This document shows positions 51,095 through 64,000 of a stretch of 64,000 bases of DNA, in pieces. A model generated the notes under the pieces. That model saw only the letters and a program-made list of their open reading frames with translations. It was not told the origin of the DNA and searched no databases. The DNA comes from Antedon mediterranea. Its lineage: Eukaryota; Animalia; Echinodermata. Where the stretch lies: the NCBI RefSeq assembly GCF_964355755.1, contig NC_092678.1, positions 15,853,881-15,917,880 on the forward strand, in the 5' to 3' direction. Every line of letters begins with the position of its first letter. Position 1 is the stretch's first letter. The position numbers and the translations under genes are program-made.

Positions 51095-51893
51095 AAACAA
51101 GGCCAACAGCCATTAAGTCACGTGCTACAATGCATAGTGATACCGGACCGACAGACATACCAACAGACCGACAGACAGATCGACAGACTGCCAGACAGAC
51201 AGACCGACTGACCGACATAGTGAACTATACTGACCGAAATTACTAAACATGTTTAAAAATGTTGAAATGTTTAAAAACATTTATATTTTTTTAATTTACA
51301 CGTGCGTAGCCTGTAACTTTTGACGTGCTCGTATAACGTAATTTCGAGTTGAAAAGTAAGTCAAGAAAACAGAAATCGGGCAAAAATAGTGCGCAATAAC
51401 ATTTAACGCGTAGTGCGTGCGCAAAAATATGCGCACTCATGACAATTTTGTAAACGCTTAAAATTGCCTGAAACGTACTCTTATTTCATCGAAAATAAAT
51501 TTTGAAAATTTTAAGCGCGCGTACGCATGCGTTAAATGCGCTACGCACGCAATTATATTGCCATATGATGATGTATGCCCTGAAATTTATGAGTACCAAA
51601 TTTTATTCAATTGTGATTCATGGTTGTGAAGATATGATTACAAACGTGATTTCGTTAAATCGTGCGTAGACCGCGTAATTTTGTATTGCGCAACGTGAAA
51701 ACATAACCACGTCGATTCCTGGCCATAAGGAATATACTGTGAAAAATTGACCTAGCTAGATTAAACTGATATCAAGATAAGGTCAGAAGGCGATAAAACG
51801 CATAGTGATACCGGACCTACATACCGACAGACCGACAGACCGACAGACCGACCGACATAGTGAACTATAGAGTCGCTTCCACGCGACTAAAAA
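51095..51893 (-). mobile_element. HINE family B copy, inverted
   Basis: Reverse complement of the 8061-8880 structure. Confidence 0.85.
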
Positions 51894-52840
51894 CAGAAAG
51901 TTTTGAAAAAATACAGTTAATAGTCCTAAAAATGTACTGTACAAATATTAAGATAACCACTGGTTGAGCTTGGAAATAAAGACAGTAAAAACAACGTAAA
52001 TGAAATTAAATATAGACTTGTGGCAAGTCTTGCTAACATAAAAAAAAATTATTACGAATATGTAATTAGGTCGGTTTTTTTATTTCTGTAGGCCTAGTGT
52101 ACTTACCAGGACTTATTTTTATTTCTCAACGTTCTTCATATCATACCAGTTACGATCATTGCAATTATGGATTACGAAGACACATATTCAAATAAAAAAT
52201 TGTAAGAAGTGGTTTTTGTTTTATTTAAATCATTATTATATTGTAATTGAAAAAGTATTGAGTATGACACATTGAAGTTATACTGACGGCGAAAAATTAC
52301 TTCCGTAATGACAACACATCGATATACACACATTTAGTTGGCCACAGTCGCTTCATTCCATCAAAACGAAGGAATACAAAGAAGTGTGGTCATATTCCAC
52401 CAATGTCTAGTAATTATATAACCGTTGATGGGTTGGTATAATTATCTGCCTTTAGTTTGCTCTCTTATGTAGTATGACTCACTCAATCAATCAATCAAAA
52501 TGCGCCCTATGTGACAATACTTTGCCAATTACTTCACTCAGTGTCTGAGTGTTTTATTTTTGGTACTTTCAATATCATTATTGATAATTTAGTTATCTAT
52601 TTATCCATTTATCGAATCATATTAATATTTTATTTTCAGTTGTTTTATGAAACCGGGATACTCATTCATGTATGGATTATTAGTAATCTCAGAGATTGTT
52701 CTTGTAATTAAAACGTTGACATATACGTAAAAGTCGTCTGTAGGCTGACCTGCTGACAAAAACGAATTAGGAAAATAAAAACTGATAAAGGCAACGGACT
52801 CGCTGTACGCGTATAGAATGCAATAGTAATCATAACAATA

Positions 52841-52902
<62 letters not shown>

Positions 52903-53220
52903 ATAATTATCGCATAATATACAGTCTAGGATAATTATTTGATATACTGTATACACAATCATTACACCCAACTACTATATATCTTCATCTCCTTATAAGG
53001 AACATCATTTGAATAATAGAACAAATCACACATCTACACATAATCAAACATCGTATACTCTATCTCTAACAATTATTTCAATCATTTATCGACTAAAGCC
53101 GAAGTATTACCACCAGGTAGGCTTACTTCATCAAGGCCTCTATGAATGGATGACCAGTTGGGAGCAGGAACGCTAGTAGACCAAACCCAGTACCGTTTTG
53201 ATTACGATCATGCGGGAAAT

Positions 53221-53410
53221 TACATCACGACGATAATGATGCTGCTTGGCTTAACGTGGATCTTTGGCTTTTTCGCGATAGGTTCTTCTAAGACTGTTTG
53301 TGATTTGTTCAAATTGTTCTGCTTGTGCAATTCGTTGTAAGGATTCTTAATATTCTTATTATTTTGTGTTCGTTGTAAGAATGTCCGAGATGTATGGGCT
53401 TATAGCTGAT
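53221..53410 (+). pseudogene. Adhesion/secretin-class GPCR TM6-TM7 fragment
   Basis: LLGLTWIFGFFAI..LFCLCNSL*GFLIFLLFCVR..VRDVW; the conserved NSLQG has CAA changed to TAA. Confidence 0.8.
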
Positions 53411-54924
53411 GTGGTTTCGGTAGAAAACCTGGATTATACACCACAACGACGTCACTACAACGCTATGTCACAGATAAGGTCAGAACTGTGTCAGGTCACT
53501 CGGCCAACCGAAACAAAGCGTTAAATAACAGGGCGCCACCTATACTTTACACAAAAATATTTATTTTAGTTGCGAACATTCTTGAAAATTCTTCTTTTGT
53601 TGTTCAAATACGTAGATACGCGGTTTCAGGGTGAGGCTTATTAGATTACATAACTGATTGTTTAGAATTGTTTGTTTCGGAAATAAATTTAATCATCTGG
53701 TTTTTAAAACCAAACCCATTTTCAGAACTAGCTATAATTAATAATAGCACACAATACTGTCCTTTGTTTTCTGGTTAACCAAAGGTCATTTATTCAACAA
53801 CCATTTCAATATTATTTTGCCAACAGCAAAAAAATATATTTGCAATATTTACAATACAGTACTACAATTATTCTATAAAAAAAACCAATACGTTTTATTT
53901 CAACATTTCAAACGAAACAAGATTGTATCCGATTGTCTTTAGACCAAACCTATTCCTAGGACTACAGCATCCAGCAGAAACCATTCTATCGACAATAAGC
54001 AGTATGTATTAGACTTTTCAGACCAAAGCTATTGTTAGAACTACGCCTGAAATCATACTATCGACAATACAAAAACGGTATAACAATTTTCAAACTAAAA
54101 TCATTTTGGTAAACTGTAGCAAATGGTGTAATAATAATAGCTATATAATCTGTAAATGTGTGTAGGCATCTCATTTGTTTTTCCCTTTTTTTATTCAAGT
54201 AATAAGTATCAAAGTGATATGAACGTTTAATGTACAGTGATCAAACAATATTAAAAACTATATATTATTAATTCCATTTTTTAAAAGTAAATAATTAATT
54301 TGGTAAATGCTGTATTTTTCACAATTATGTAACTAATCTAACTGAATATAATTGTGTTAATCAAATTAGCTAGATATATATATATATATTTAATAACATA
54401 TTAATTTTTTTTCTCTCTTTAACATAATAATAATAAATAGTACACATATACATACTTTAAACTTTTATTAGTAACATTCCACCTTTTACAATATACAGAT
54501 AGTAATCATAAAATGCGCTTTTTGTAGTTACAATTAATGTGCACCAAATTAGTGAATGCGAGATGTTACTTTAAGTACTTTACTCGTTTTTGCCATACAA
54601 AATTCGAACCAATGCATGCGCTCATATATTTTGCGATCGATTTGCTCTGTTTCTGGCTAAATCCCAGTAACCCCTATACCTAGTAGACTATGTAGCCTAC
54701 ATATAACATTATAATGGCGTGATCATTATGGACGCTTATTAAATGTACTTGTCCTCGTTTATATAATGCAGTCAGTTTCTTCAAGTTGTACTGTTACATA
54801 ATGCATAATGTTTCTGCCCGTGTTAGCTTTCTGTAAGTTTGTTTATATAATTGTTCTCATCCCGACACTGTTACTGTTGTAACAAATGAAACAATATCTA
54901 GAGTTTAATTCTCTTTTTTTATGA

Positions 54925-55075
54925 AGCTTGGTTCTCGTAGACTCAACAAAGGACGTAGACGCAACACAAGCGATATGACCAATCACAAGCGACAGTTCGG
55001 ATGATTCGTCAATTGTGATTGGTCAAATATGTTGGGCTTACGTTCTTGCGTTGCGTCTCTGTGCAATCTAAGTAT
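54925..55075. mobile_element. Short palindromic MITE
   Basis: AGACGCAAC..TGACCAATCACAA / TTGTGATTGGTCA..GTTGCGTCT inverted pairs. Confidence 0.5.
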
Positions 55076-55769
55076 TGAGGAACTACAGCGTAAAAAAACT
55101 TTAATTGTCTTTTTACTCGCTATATTTGTTAAACTTGTTTCATTAGGAAGTTATTTAGATCTCCACCTTCAACCACTTCATAAGGAAATAAGTAAAGTTT
55201 GGAAAGATCAAAGAATTGCTGTAACCACTAAAACACGTACATATTGTCTGTTTACTCTACTTATACAAGGAAGATGAAATAACAATTTTAGAAAGACATT
55301 AAATATTAAATTTATATGAATATAAAGAACTTAACCTAAAGAAAATGAAAATAATTATTTCTTTGTTCTGACTTTAAATTTTATCATCTGTTTTGGATTA
55401 TAAATTAACAATACAAGTAAGTGTGCAAAATATAAAACATTGCGAATTAAAAAAAAAAGTTTAATTAAACAAGAAATAAACGTTTTTTTGTGTTTATTTT
55501 TTCTATTTTCTTTGTATGAACAATATCCAAATTAGTGATGTAATTCTGTTGTATTTACTTCATTCATTCAAGTTAACATTTATTTAGTACCCAAAACAGT
55601 ATGGACCTTAAACAAAAGGGCATTTTTCTGTAGTTGTAAGTATAGCTTTACAAATAAAAAATTAAAATGTAGATTATATAGGCTTATTTTTTGGCGTCAA
55701 AATGAAACTATTTTAAAGAAACATGTTTTGTTTAACCATATACCTAATAACTCTGCCTTACTGAAATTA

Positions 55770-58700
55770 GGCGATTACACGGTTTTAAAACGGTATCTTT
55801 GTAAAATATGAATACAAAATTACTAGATTTTGTGTTAGATGTTTAAATTGTCTTGCTTCGTCAGTTGACACTCTTCACAATCTGTAGTTTGTCCTAATAT
55901 ATGTCACGCCAGGACGGACATAAATATGCCAAGTTGACACTCGTCGCAAGAAAAAATTGCCAAGAAAAATACATTTGTAGCCAAAGGCTGAATTGCTGCA
56001 TTTTTTACAATATGTTTTAATAAAATTAGATTAGTTTTGCGAACGTATTACTTAAATAGACATTATAGACAAATAGTTGCATAATTTAATTATACGAATC
56101 GAAGTTTTTTTAAAAGAGAGACATAGGTTAAAATATCTGAATAAGAAATGTAAGCATTGCTTAAAATGCATTAACACACTCTTTTCTGGATTCTGTCTAA
56201 ATCATTGCTATTATCTTCGGTTAAACCTGAATTCAAAAGGGAAAAATTATATTCCAGGCATGGACGGAATGTCGGAATTTTACTTTTAGTTTAACATGAT
56301 AATCATAATAATTATATATTTAGTTATTTTGATTTTCTCCAGTCAGTAAAGTTTGAATATAACATGAACTTGTCTATGTTTAAATTTAAACGTTAGTGTT
56401 ATTTTTTCCTGTGAATATATTACTTTGTGATTAGACCTATTATTTTGCATCGTTGAGATTGTAGTAAACAGAACAGATATTATTTGTTTGTAAAATTATT
56501 TATAATTGAAAATAAAAAAAAAACAAACAAAACAAGACAAAATCAATAGGCTTAGTAACATTAAAATATTGTTTAAATAGATACTTTATTGTAATTAATG
56601 TAGACATAATAACCATATTACAACATCGCCGCTTATATTTGAATGTGTTTTGTTCTTGTTTGTTTTGTTGTTTTTTTTTAAATTTGTTTATTTATCGTTA
56701 TATTTCTGAAATGTGTTAATATAATAATTATTTTTTATCGACTCTGTTTGACTGGCAAAAATATTAATAAAAATAAAACAATACCTAAATAGTGTTTAGT
56801 ATGTTAAGTTCATCATATTATAAGGAACTATAAAATAAAAACACACCCTGTGTTGTCTCTTACTTGCTATATTTAACTAAAACCAATTTATAAGGAAACG
56901 ACAAAGGTTTGGACAATTCAAAGAATTGCTATAATCACTAAAACAAGTGATATGGTTGGTTCAATATCCTTACAAGGAATAAAATGTTATGATACTTTGA
57001 TTTTAGAAAATAAAAATATATTTCATCATATAAAAAAAAGAAAATAATTTAAAAACATAGGACTGAACAACAAAAAAACCTCAACACAATTCCCAAATTG
57101 TATCCTCTTTATTGTTTATAAATGGACACTTAAAAAGGGCACATTAGTTGCGAAATACAAAAACTTTTGTGTAATAACTACTTTAAAATGATGCAATATT
57201 AATAAAGAATCGTTTCTTTTGATTTAAGTAAAAGTTAATAATTGTTAAGTGTTTGTATGGAAAATTAAAATCAGTAATTTTATTATTCCTTTGTATTAAA
57301 AAAAAAGAAACATCAATCATTTGTAGGTATATTTTTGTTTGTTTTGTTTTCCACTCTTTCCATTATTGTCGAGCAAATATAGACAAGGTTTATCTGCGCT
57401 ATATAAATCTATCTATTATTATTATTATTTTAAATTGGTGACGTTTGATAACAATTATCATCAATACGTCAAATGAAATAATTTTATAGAAACACTGATT
57501 TTCTAAACCATTGTGGTAGAATTATTTCTAAACTTTCTTAGGCCTACAAAAAGTGAGGGATTACACGTTTTTAAAACTGAATCTTAATAGAATATGAGAA
57601 TATAAATCACTGTACATGTGCTAGTATGTTAAGCGATTAAACGGTTTTAAAACGGTATCTTTGTAAAATATGAATACAAAATTACTAGATTTTGTGTTAG
57701 ATTTTTTAATTTTCTTGCTTTGTCAATTGGCACTCGTCGCAATCTGTAGTTTGGCCAGGACGGACATAACTATGCCAAGTTGACACTCATCGCAAGAAAA
57801 ATTGCCAAAAAAAAATACATTTGTAGCCAAAGGCTGAATTGCTGCATTTTTTACAATATTTTTCAATAAAATTAGATTAGTTTTACAATTGATTCATTAG
57901 ATAGACAAATGAATAGACAAATATTTGCATAATTTAATTATTCGAATTCGAATCAAAGTGTTTTTAAAAGGGAGACAGAGGTCAAATCATTTGAATAAGA
58001 AATGTAAGCATTGGTGTAAGATGCATTTACACACTATTTTGATTCTTTCTAAATTATTGCTATCATCTTCGGTTAAACCAGAATTCAAAAGGGGAGAAGC
58101 ATATTCCAAGCATGGACGCAAGCAACTTGTATATAAAATCATATTATTTTTTTTTTTCTGTTTTGACGGAATGTTTTACTCCTATGAGTTTAACATGATA
58201 CTCATAATATTATATATTTAGGTATTTTGATTTTCACCAGTCAGTAAAGTGTGACAAACTTGAACTTTTATTTTCTATGTTTAAATATAAACGTTAGTTA
58301 TATTTTTCCTCTGAATATATTACCTTGTAATAACGCCTATTATTTTGCATCGTTGAGGTTGATGTAAACAGAGCAGAGATCATTTGTTTAAAAAATTATT
58401 TATAATTGAAAATAAGACAAAAAAAAAAAAAAAAAAAAATCAATAGGCTTAATAATAACAAAAACAAATGTCATTAAAATATTGTTTAAATATATACGTT
58501 ATTTTAATTACTGTAGGCCTAATAACCATATTATAACATCGCCGCTTATATTTGAATGTGTTTCGTTCGTTTGTTTTGTTGTTTTTTTATTTGTTTATTT
58601 ATCGTTATATTTCTGAAATGTGTTAATATAACAATTTATTATTTATCGACTCTTTATTGTTTTTTTTTTGTCTTGTGTGAGTTCATCTCACGTTTATTTA

Positions 58701-59665
58701 AATTGTCATTGGTGAATATATTATATACGTATAAGTACATTTGTGACAATTAAAAGTAAGTGTTTTTAAAAAGTAGTTAAAATACAGGTATATTTACATA
58801 ATAAGATGCTTGAATTCAGTATTAACCATATTTGTTTTCATTAAAATTTTAGATACGATGTTAATTAATGTAAAAATGAAAAATGGCGGTAAAATACATG
58901 ATTAAAATTTTCTTGTTAAACTATCTTATTTGTGATCTTATTTGTGTTCGAATAGAGAGGCTATAAACTCAGGGGAGGAAAATGTAGTATCCTTCCTTTT
59001 AACCAAGATAAAAAGGATGAAATGAAAAAAAAGGAATGCAAAAGTTTGAAAGTTAGATATTTAGAATGATAGCATGCAATGATATATTTAATGAAAACCG
59101 TAAGATTAGAGTCCATACACTGTGCAAGACCAAGATGTGATTTTGGCTCTTTATTGTTTATAAATTTAAAAACAAATTTAAAAAGGGCACATTAGTTGCG
59201 AAATACAAACACTTTTGTGTAATAACTACATTAAAATGATTCAATATTAAAAAAGAATCGTTTCTTTTGATTTAAGTAAAAGTTAATAATTTCTATGTGT
59301 TTGTATGGAAAATTAAAATCAATGATTTTATTATTCCTGTGTATTAAAAAAAAAGAAACATCAATCATTTGTAGGTATATTTTTGTTTGTTTTGTTTTCC
59401 ACTCTTTTCATTATTGTCGAGCAAATATAGACAAGGTTTATCTGCGCTATATAAATCTATCTATTATTATTATTAATATTTTAAATTGGTGATGTTTGAT
59501 AATACGTCAAATGAAATGATTTTATAGAAACACTGATTTTCTAAACCATTGAGGTAGGTATTTCTAAGCTTTCTTAGGCCTACTAAAAGTGAGGGATTAC
59601 ACGTTTTAAAAATTGAATCTTAATAGAATATGAGATTATAAATCACTGCATATGTGCCAGTTTGT
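55770..59665. repeat. ~1.9-2.0 kb diverged tandem duplication (units start ~55770 and ~57635)
   Basis: ACGGTTTTAAAACGGTATCTTTGTAAAATATG at ~55779 and ~57641; 57105-57630 matches 59147-59665; the middle parts differ. Confidence 0.9.
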
Positions 59666-60575
59666 ATCTATATATAAATTTACGTAAGGGCAAAATTCGG
59701 TAAATCGCGCGTTATTTCTAGAATGTTTACTCGATGGTATATAAAGTTGGTTCGTACTTTCGGTACTGATTTTAACCACCTGATGTAACCCTGTTTACTA
59801 ATTAAATTGAGTTCGATAATTAGTTATTGACAATTAAAACGAATTTTGGTTCAACGATTTGCCCCAAATAGGGGTGTTTTTCGATCGTGGTATACACTGT
59901 CTAATGGATGTCCGTCTTGAAAAATACCCGCAGACAATAATACGAGGATGCTTCGCATTTTCCTATCTCCTCCTGCGATAATTGTTTTTCATGGCTGAAA
60001 ACCGGTTGAACAGCTCGAGTACAGCATCATAATGTTGAAGACAGGCCGATTTTCTTTAAAAAATACTATTTTCATAGATTTAATATACGTTTATACAAAT
60101 GTATTGATTTGCGATGAATGGAACATTCCATTCTCTGTTCCACAAGTGTCTATTCCCTCAGGCGTCGTAAAGGCAAGTACTGTATACTCATAACAGAAAT
60201 TCGATCCATTTTTTTTTCAACCAACTCCACCATTTCAATCTGTGCTGCAGAGGTTGGATATACATTTTTTTTAAACGGATAATGAGCTAGCGTTTTCACT
60301 CGCCGTATATTATGTACACATCTTTAATATTTCAGTTAAACCACCCACATCACCACCCTTCCCTCACTGGCATGAGTAGCGTTGTAAAACCAGTAGAGGA
60401 TGGGCCTACGGTACATCACATGCCCTAAACGCAGAACAACTTTAGTGGGTAGGGTAGGAACCAACTTAAGTATGAATTGGCTATAAGAAACAATTGAAAA
60501 CCATTAGGCCTACTAATTAAGTTGAGTTAGATAATTTAATATTTATTGACGATTAAATCGAATTTATGATTTTCC

Positions 60576-61135
60576 CCGAATAGAGGTGGTTATGATAACA
60601 CAAATTGTTTTATATTATATAAACATAGGCCTATACACGTCGTAGTGATGTATCGTTACATGTACTGTACTATTTCAATCGACTATGACAGCGATAGTTT
60701 CAACAAAGTATTAAATCGCAATGTTTTACTGTGTGTAGTGGTATATTATTTGTAAAACATGAAAACAATTAATATTTCGTTACTAAATGGATAAAGAATA
60801 TATTTAAAAATCGTTCCTCTTTGCACCCATCCTCTTCCCCATCCCTCAACCCTAATGTTACATACAAAACACAAATTAAGTTTGTTTAAATGTAAACAAT
60901 TGGTCTCATTTTGTGACAAGTTTCTCTTTTTGAAGTAATTCACAGGGTGCTAAATTTAGTTGAGTACATAAATCACAGTGTCTATTTATTCGTTCCTGTA
61001 AACGACATGTATTATTGTCCTGCGGTACGTACATTTGAAATCGCCAGTTTTTTAACGCTGAAATTATTATGTGTTCGAGAACCATCTGTGGGCACGACCT
61101 AGATGGTACGCGAGCGAAGCGAGCGTACCATCTAG
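60576..61135 (+). mobile_element. Helitron-like family C copy
   Basis: Reverse complement of 5986-6540; ends in hairpin + CTAG-T. Confidence 0.65.
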
Positions 61136-61541
61136 TTCCTTTAATTAAACTATCTTGATTCTTCATATTGGCGCGCGTCGCAATTTGTATTTCTTATTTT
61201 GTCCGAATTGTTCAGAAAATTCCATGCAAACGATACAGCTTGCGTGCGTATGTAGGTTTGAAGAGTAGAGTGCTGACTCTTCCGCGGTGAATTCAAACAT
61301 GTTTGTAACATTGAAGTGCGTCAAAAGCATTATGTTGTCAGCACTATAGCACTAAATGCAGGTAAACATGCATGTGCAGTCATTGTACACGTCATCATAA
61401 TTTCAACTATTGTATTATAGACGAACCAAAATAGTTTTTGCTGACTCTCGATTGTTTCGAAGTAAAATCGACGATGTAAGTAATATAACATATTCAATTT
61501 CTTGAAACAATTCTGTCGCGGAGAACAACTTACACCACCAC

Positions 61542-62036
61542 CATGTAAATGAAATATACACCATGTTATATATAACAAGATACATGTAAATGAAATAATA
61601 TCATACTACAGTGTGTTATAGAATAACATGATTCATGTAAATGATATAACACCATGTTATATATAACAAGATACATGTAAATGAAATATAAAGTATGTTA
61701 TATATAACAAGATACATGTAAATGAAATATAAAGTATGTTATATATAACAAGATACATGTAAATGAAATATACAGTATGTTATATATAACAAGATACATG
61801 TAAATGAAATATACATCTTACAACAGTATGTCATAATATAACATGATTCATGTAAATGCAAAAAATACTATGTTATATATAAAAAGATTCATGTAAATAC
61901 ACACACTGTGTTATAATTTAACATTATTTATGTAAATAAAATATACACCACTGTACGTTAAATAAATATGTAACGCGATGCATAAAAATGAAATATGCAT
62001 CATGCTGTATTATATAGCATGATGCATATAAATGAA
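61542..62036. repeat. ~41-bp AT-rich minisatellite
   Basis: CATGTAAATGAAATATA..ATGTTATATATAACAAGATA, about 12 units degrading toward the edges. Confidence 0.9.
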
Positions 62037-62509
62037 TTCACTTTTTAAATTCTGGAATTAGTATACTTGTAGATTTGTATAATAATTGGGCAGAAACCCC
62101 ACACATGCGCATATATGTTATATGTATTATGGTTCCGCATATAAATAGCAGATAATAGTCGTACTGTAGTTCATTGTTGGACAGTGCATGTAAGATTGAC
62201 TTCATTCGTGAATATAGTGATAGGCCTACATAATGAAAAACGTAAAACAACTGGTATTTCTATTTGTATACATTGTACATTGCACAGGTAAGACAGTTTC
62301 TTCTATTAGAGTATTCGTTGCATATGCGATATGTAATTCTTGTCTCCTTTTTGGGGGATGGTAAAGTATGTATAACGTATTTATTCGAATAAATACCCAC
62401 GTAAAACGTAAAATAATTAATGATTTAAAAATGATTAGAATGCTAATGTATAATTGTGTCATTAATTTTCTTTAGATAGTTCATTTAATTAAAAGTGTTT
62501 GTTTTACAG

Positions 62510-62749
62510 GTGATGTTATATTTGTGGCCAATGAACAAAATCCTCCTGGAATGTTCATGTCAGATATAAGTTCCGGTGACACAGATTTAAGATTTTCTGA
62601 AGCAATGCAGAATGTTAAATTACGTAGACCATTCGCTGTTGATTATGATATTAGTGCATCAACATTATACTGGTCTGACTTGACCAAGGCAACTATTGAA
62701 CGTTATTCATTTGTCACCAACCAACATGAAGTTCTTTTGTCATCAGTTG
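62510..62749 (+). CDS. LDL-receptor/LRP-type YWTD beta-propeller exon
   Basis: ttttacag|..|gtaagt; 240 bp, phase 1-1; ..RPFAVDYDISASTLYWSDLTKATIERY. Confidence 0.85.
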
Positions 62750-63339
62750 GTAAGTAAAACAAATATTATTCTAAATTTTATTTCTTCAGTTTTTTTTTTA
62801 TTAGGAATAACAACAGAGTTTTCATTTAATTATTATTTGTTATCGTTTGTCGGAATACTGTAGGCCTACTTTCCATAATTGTTTCCTTGTTAAACTTCTT
62901 ACATTTTATTCATTCATAATGCCTTCGGTCTAAATAATAATAAACGTAACATATAATATACGTACACAATCAGTTAAACAACATCCTAAACATTGTTTTT
63001 TTTAATAACCAGTATCCACTTTTGGTGCATACTAAGTCAGGTCGTGTCGTTAGTAATGTGTATAGTCTAAGTTGTAACACTTTGTGCATAGTTTTAGAGA
63101 ATAAGCACAAACAATAAATAAATCCGTCTGATTTTTATAAACATTTTACCTAAACAATAGGACCGAGTAATGATTCCTGAAGCAATTGCAATAAATGCGA
63201 GAGTAGCCCAATAGTCCAAATTTACATCAGCGATTATACCAAAATATGGCCTACAGCAGTTTATATAATTCGTACCATGAATCGTAGTCCAGGTTCTTTC
63301 TACAAAACTGTGTTTAGCATTCATAAACCGACTCTAGTA

Positions 63340-63548
63340 CTCAAGCTCTACAAAGTCTAAATTGGATGAACTTAGATGAAAGATTATATATAAATGAAGC
63401 TATTGTTATGTTTAAGATTATGGACAACCTTGCACCTCCATATTTATTAAATAAGTTCAATATCAAAAACAATTACTATAATATTAGAACTAAGCCAAAT
63501 TCAATAGTACCAAAACCAAACACAAACTACAAAAAACGTTTCATTTGT
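63340..63548 (+). mobile_element. CR1/L2-group LINE ORF2 C-terminal fragment
   Basis: LNWMNLDER..MFKIMDNLAPPYL..YNIR..PKPNTNYKKRF. Confidence 0.65.
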
Positions 63549-64000
63549 GAACTGGGTAAAAGCACTGTATTACAAAACAAATTGTATATTCACAATTAAT
63601 GGTTGGCAATCAGAAAGTTTTGCAATGCACCAAGGTATTAGACAAGGATGTCCCTTGTCTGCTCTATTGTTTATTTTAGTAGCTGAAGTCCTAGCTACGA
63701 AAATAAGAGCATGTGATATGGTCAAAGGCCTGATTGTTCCTGCAGGCAATGGTATATTTAAAGATATTTAAGATTGCACAGCTAGCAGATGACACTGTGC
63801 TTTTTCTAAAGGATATAAATAGTATAGATAACAGCATAAGTATTATTGAAAAGTTTGGAGAGGTTTCTGGATTAAAATTAAATAAGAATAAAACAAATGC
63901 TTTTTGGCTTGGCAGTTTAAAAGACTGCAAGGACACACCTGGTAATATTTCTTGGACATCCACACCAATTCGGATATTAGGTATCTATGTTGGACATGAT
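63549..64000 (+). mobile_element. L1/Tx1-type RT fragment related to 39519-41887
   Basis: NGWQSESF..GIRQGCPLSALLFILV, frameshift, KIAQLADDTVLF, SGLKLNKNKT; runs off the window. Confidence 0.85.

Noticed and set aside
61542-62036. Regularly spaced palindromic 41-bp units as a CRISPR-like array
   Set aside because: No unique spacers; whole units repeat and decay at the edges; no cas genes; eukaryotic context.

Overview
AT-rich, repeat-dense genomic DNA from an animal; the element content and abundant TAGGCCTA motifs suggest a marine invertebrate deuterostome such as an echinoderm (inference only). Host genes appear only as scattered exons. A minus-strand gene has three phase-compatible exons: CUB (32335-32679), LRRNT (23699-23834) and a 72-bp LRR (5270-5341). 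There is also a plus-strand LDLR/LRP-type YWTD-propeller exon (62510-62749) and a pseudogenised adhesion-GPCR TM6-TM7 fragment (~53220-53410). One intron of the CUB-LRR gene holds a nested stack of retroelements. A Gypsy element (9864-22417, both LTRs, TSD CTACC) contains a Gmr1-type LTR element with PR-IN-RT-RH order and a CR1/L2-group LINE. The inner element's RT core has been replaced by a 228-bp copy of its own 3' insertion junction. Other elements: several non-autonomous rolling-circle (Helentron/HINE, DINE-1-like) families sharing a central core, one carrying a tRNA-like segment; a 5S rRNA+tRNA composite SINE; an L1/Tx1-type LINE with an 11-bp TSD; a MULE-like MITE with a 9-bp TSD; degraded Academ-like and Chapaev-like DNA transposons; and tandem duplications and satellites. 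No CRISPR array or prokaryotic system is seen. All family assignments come from motif recognition by eye, not database searches.
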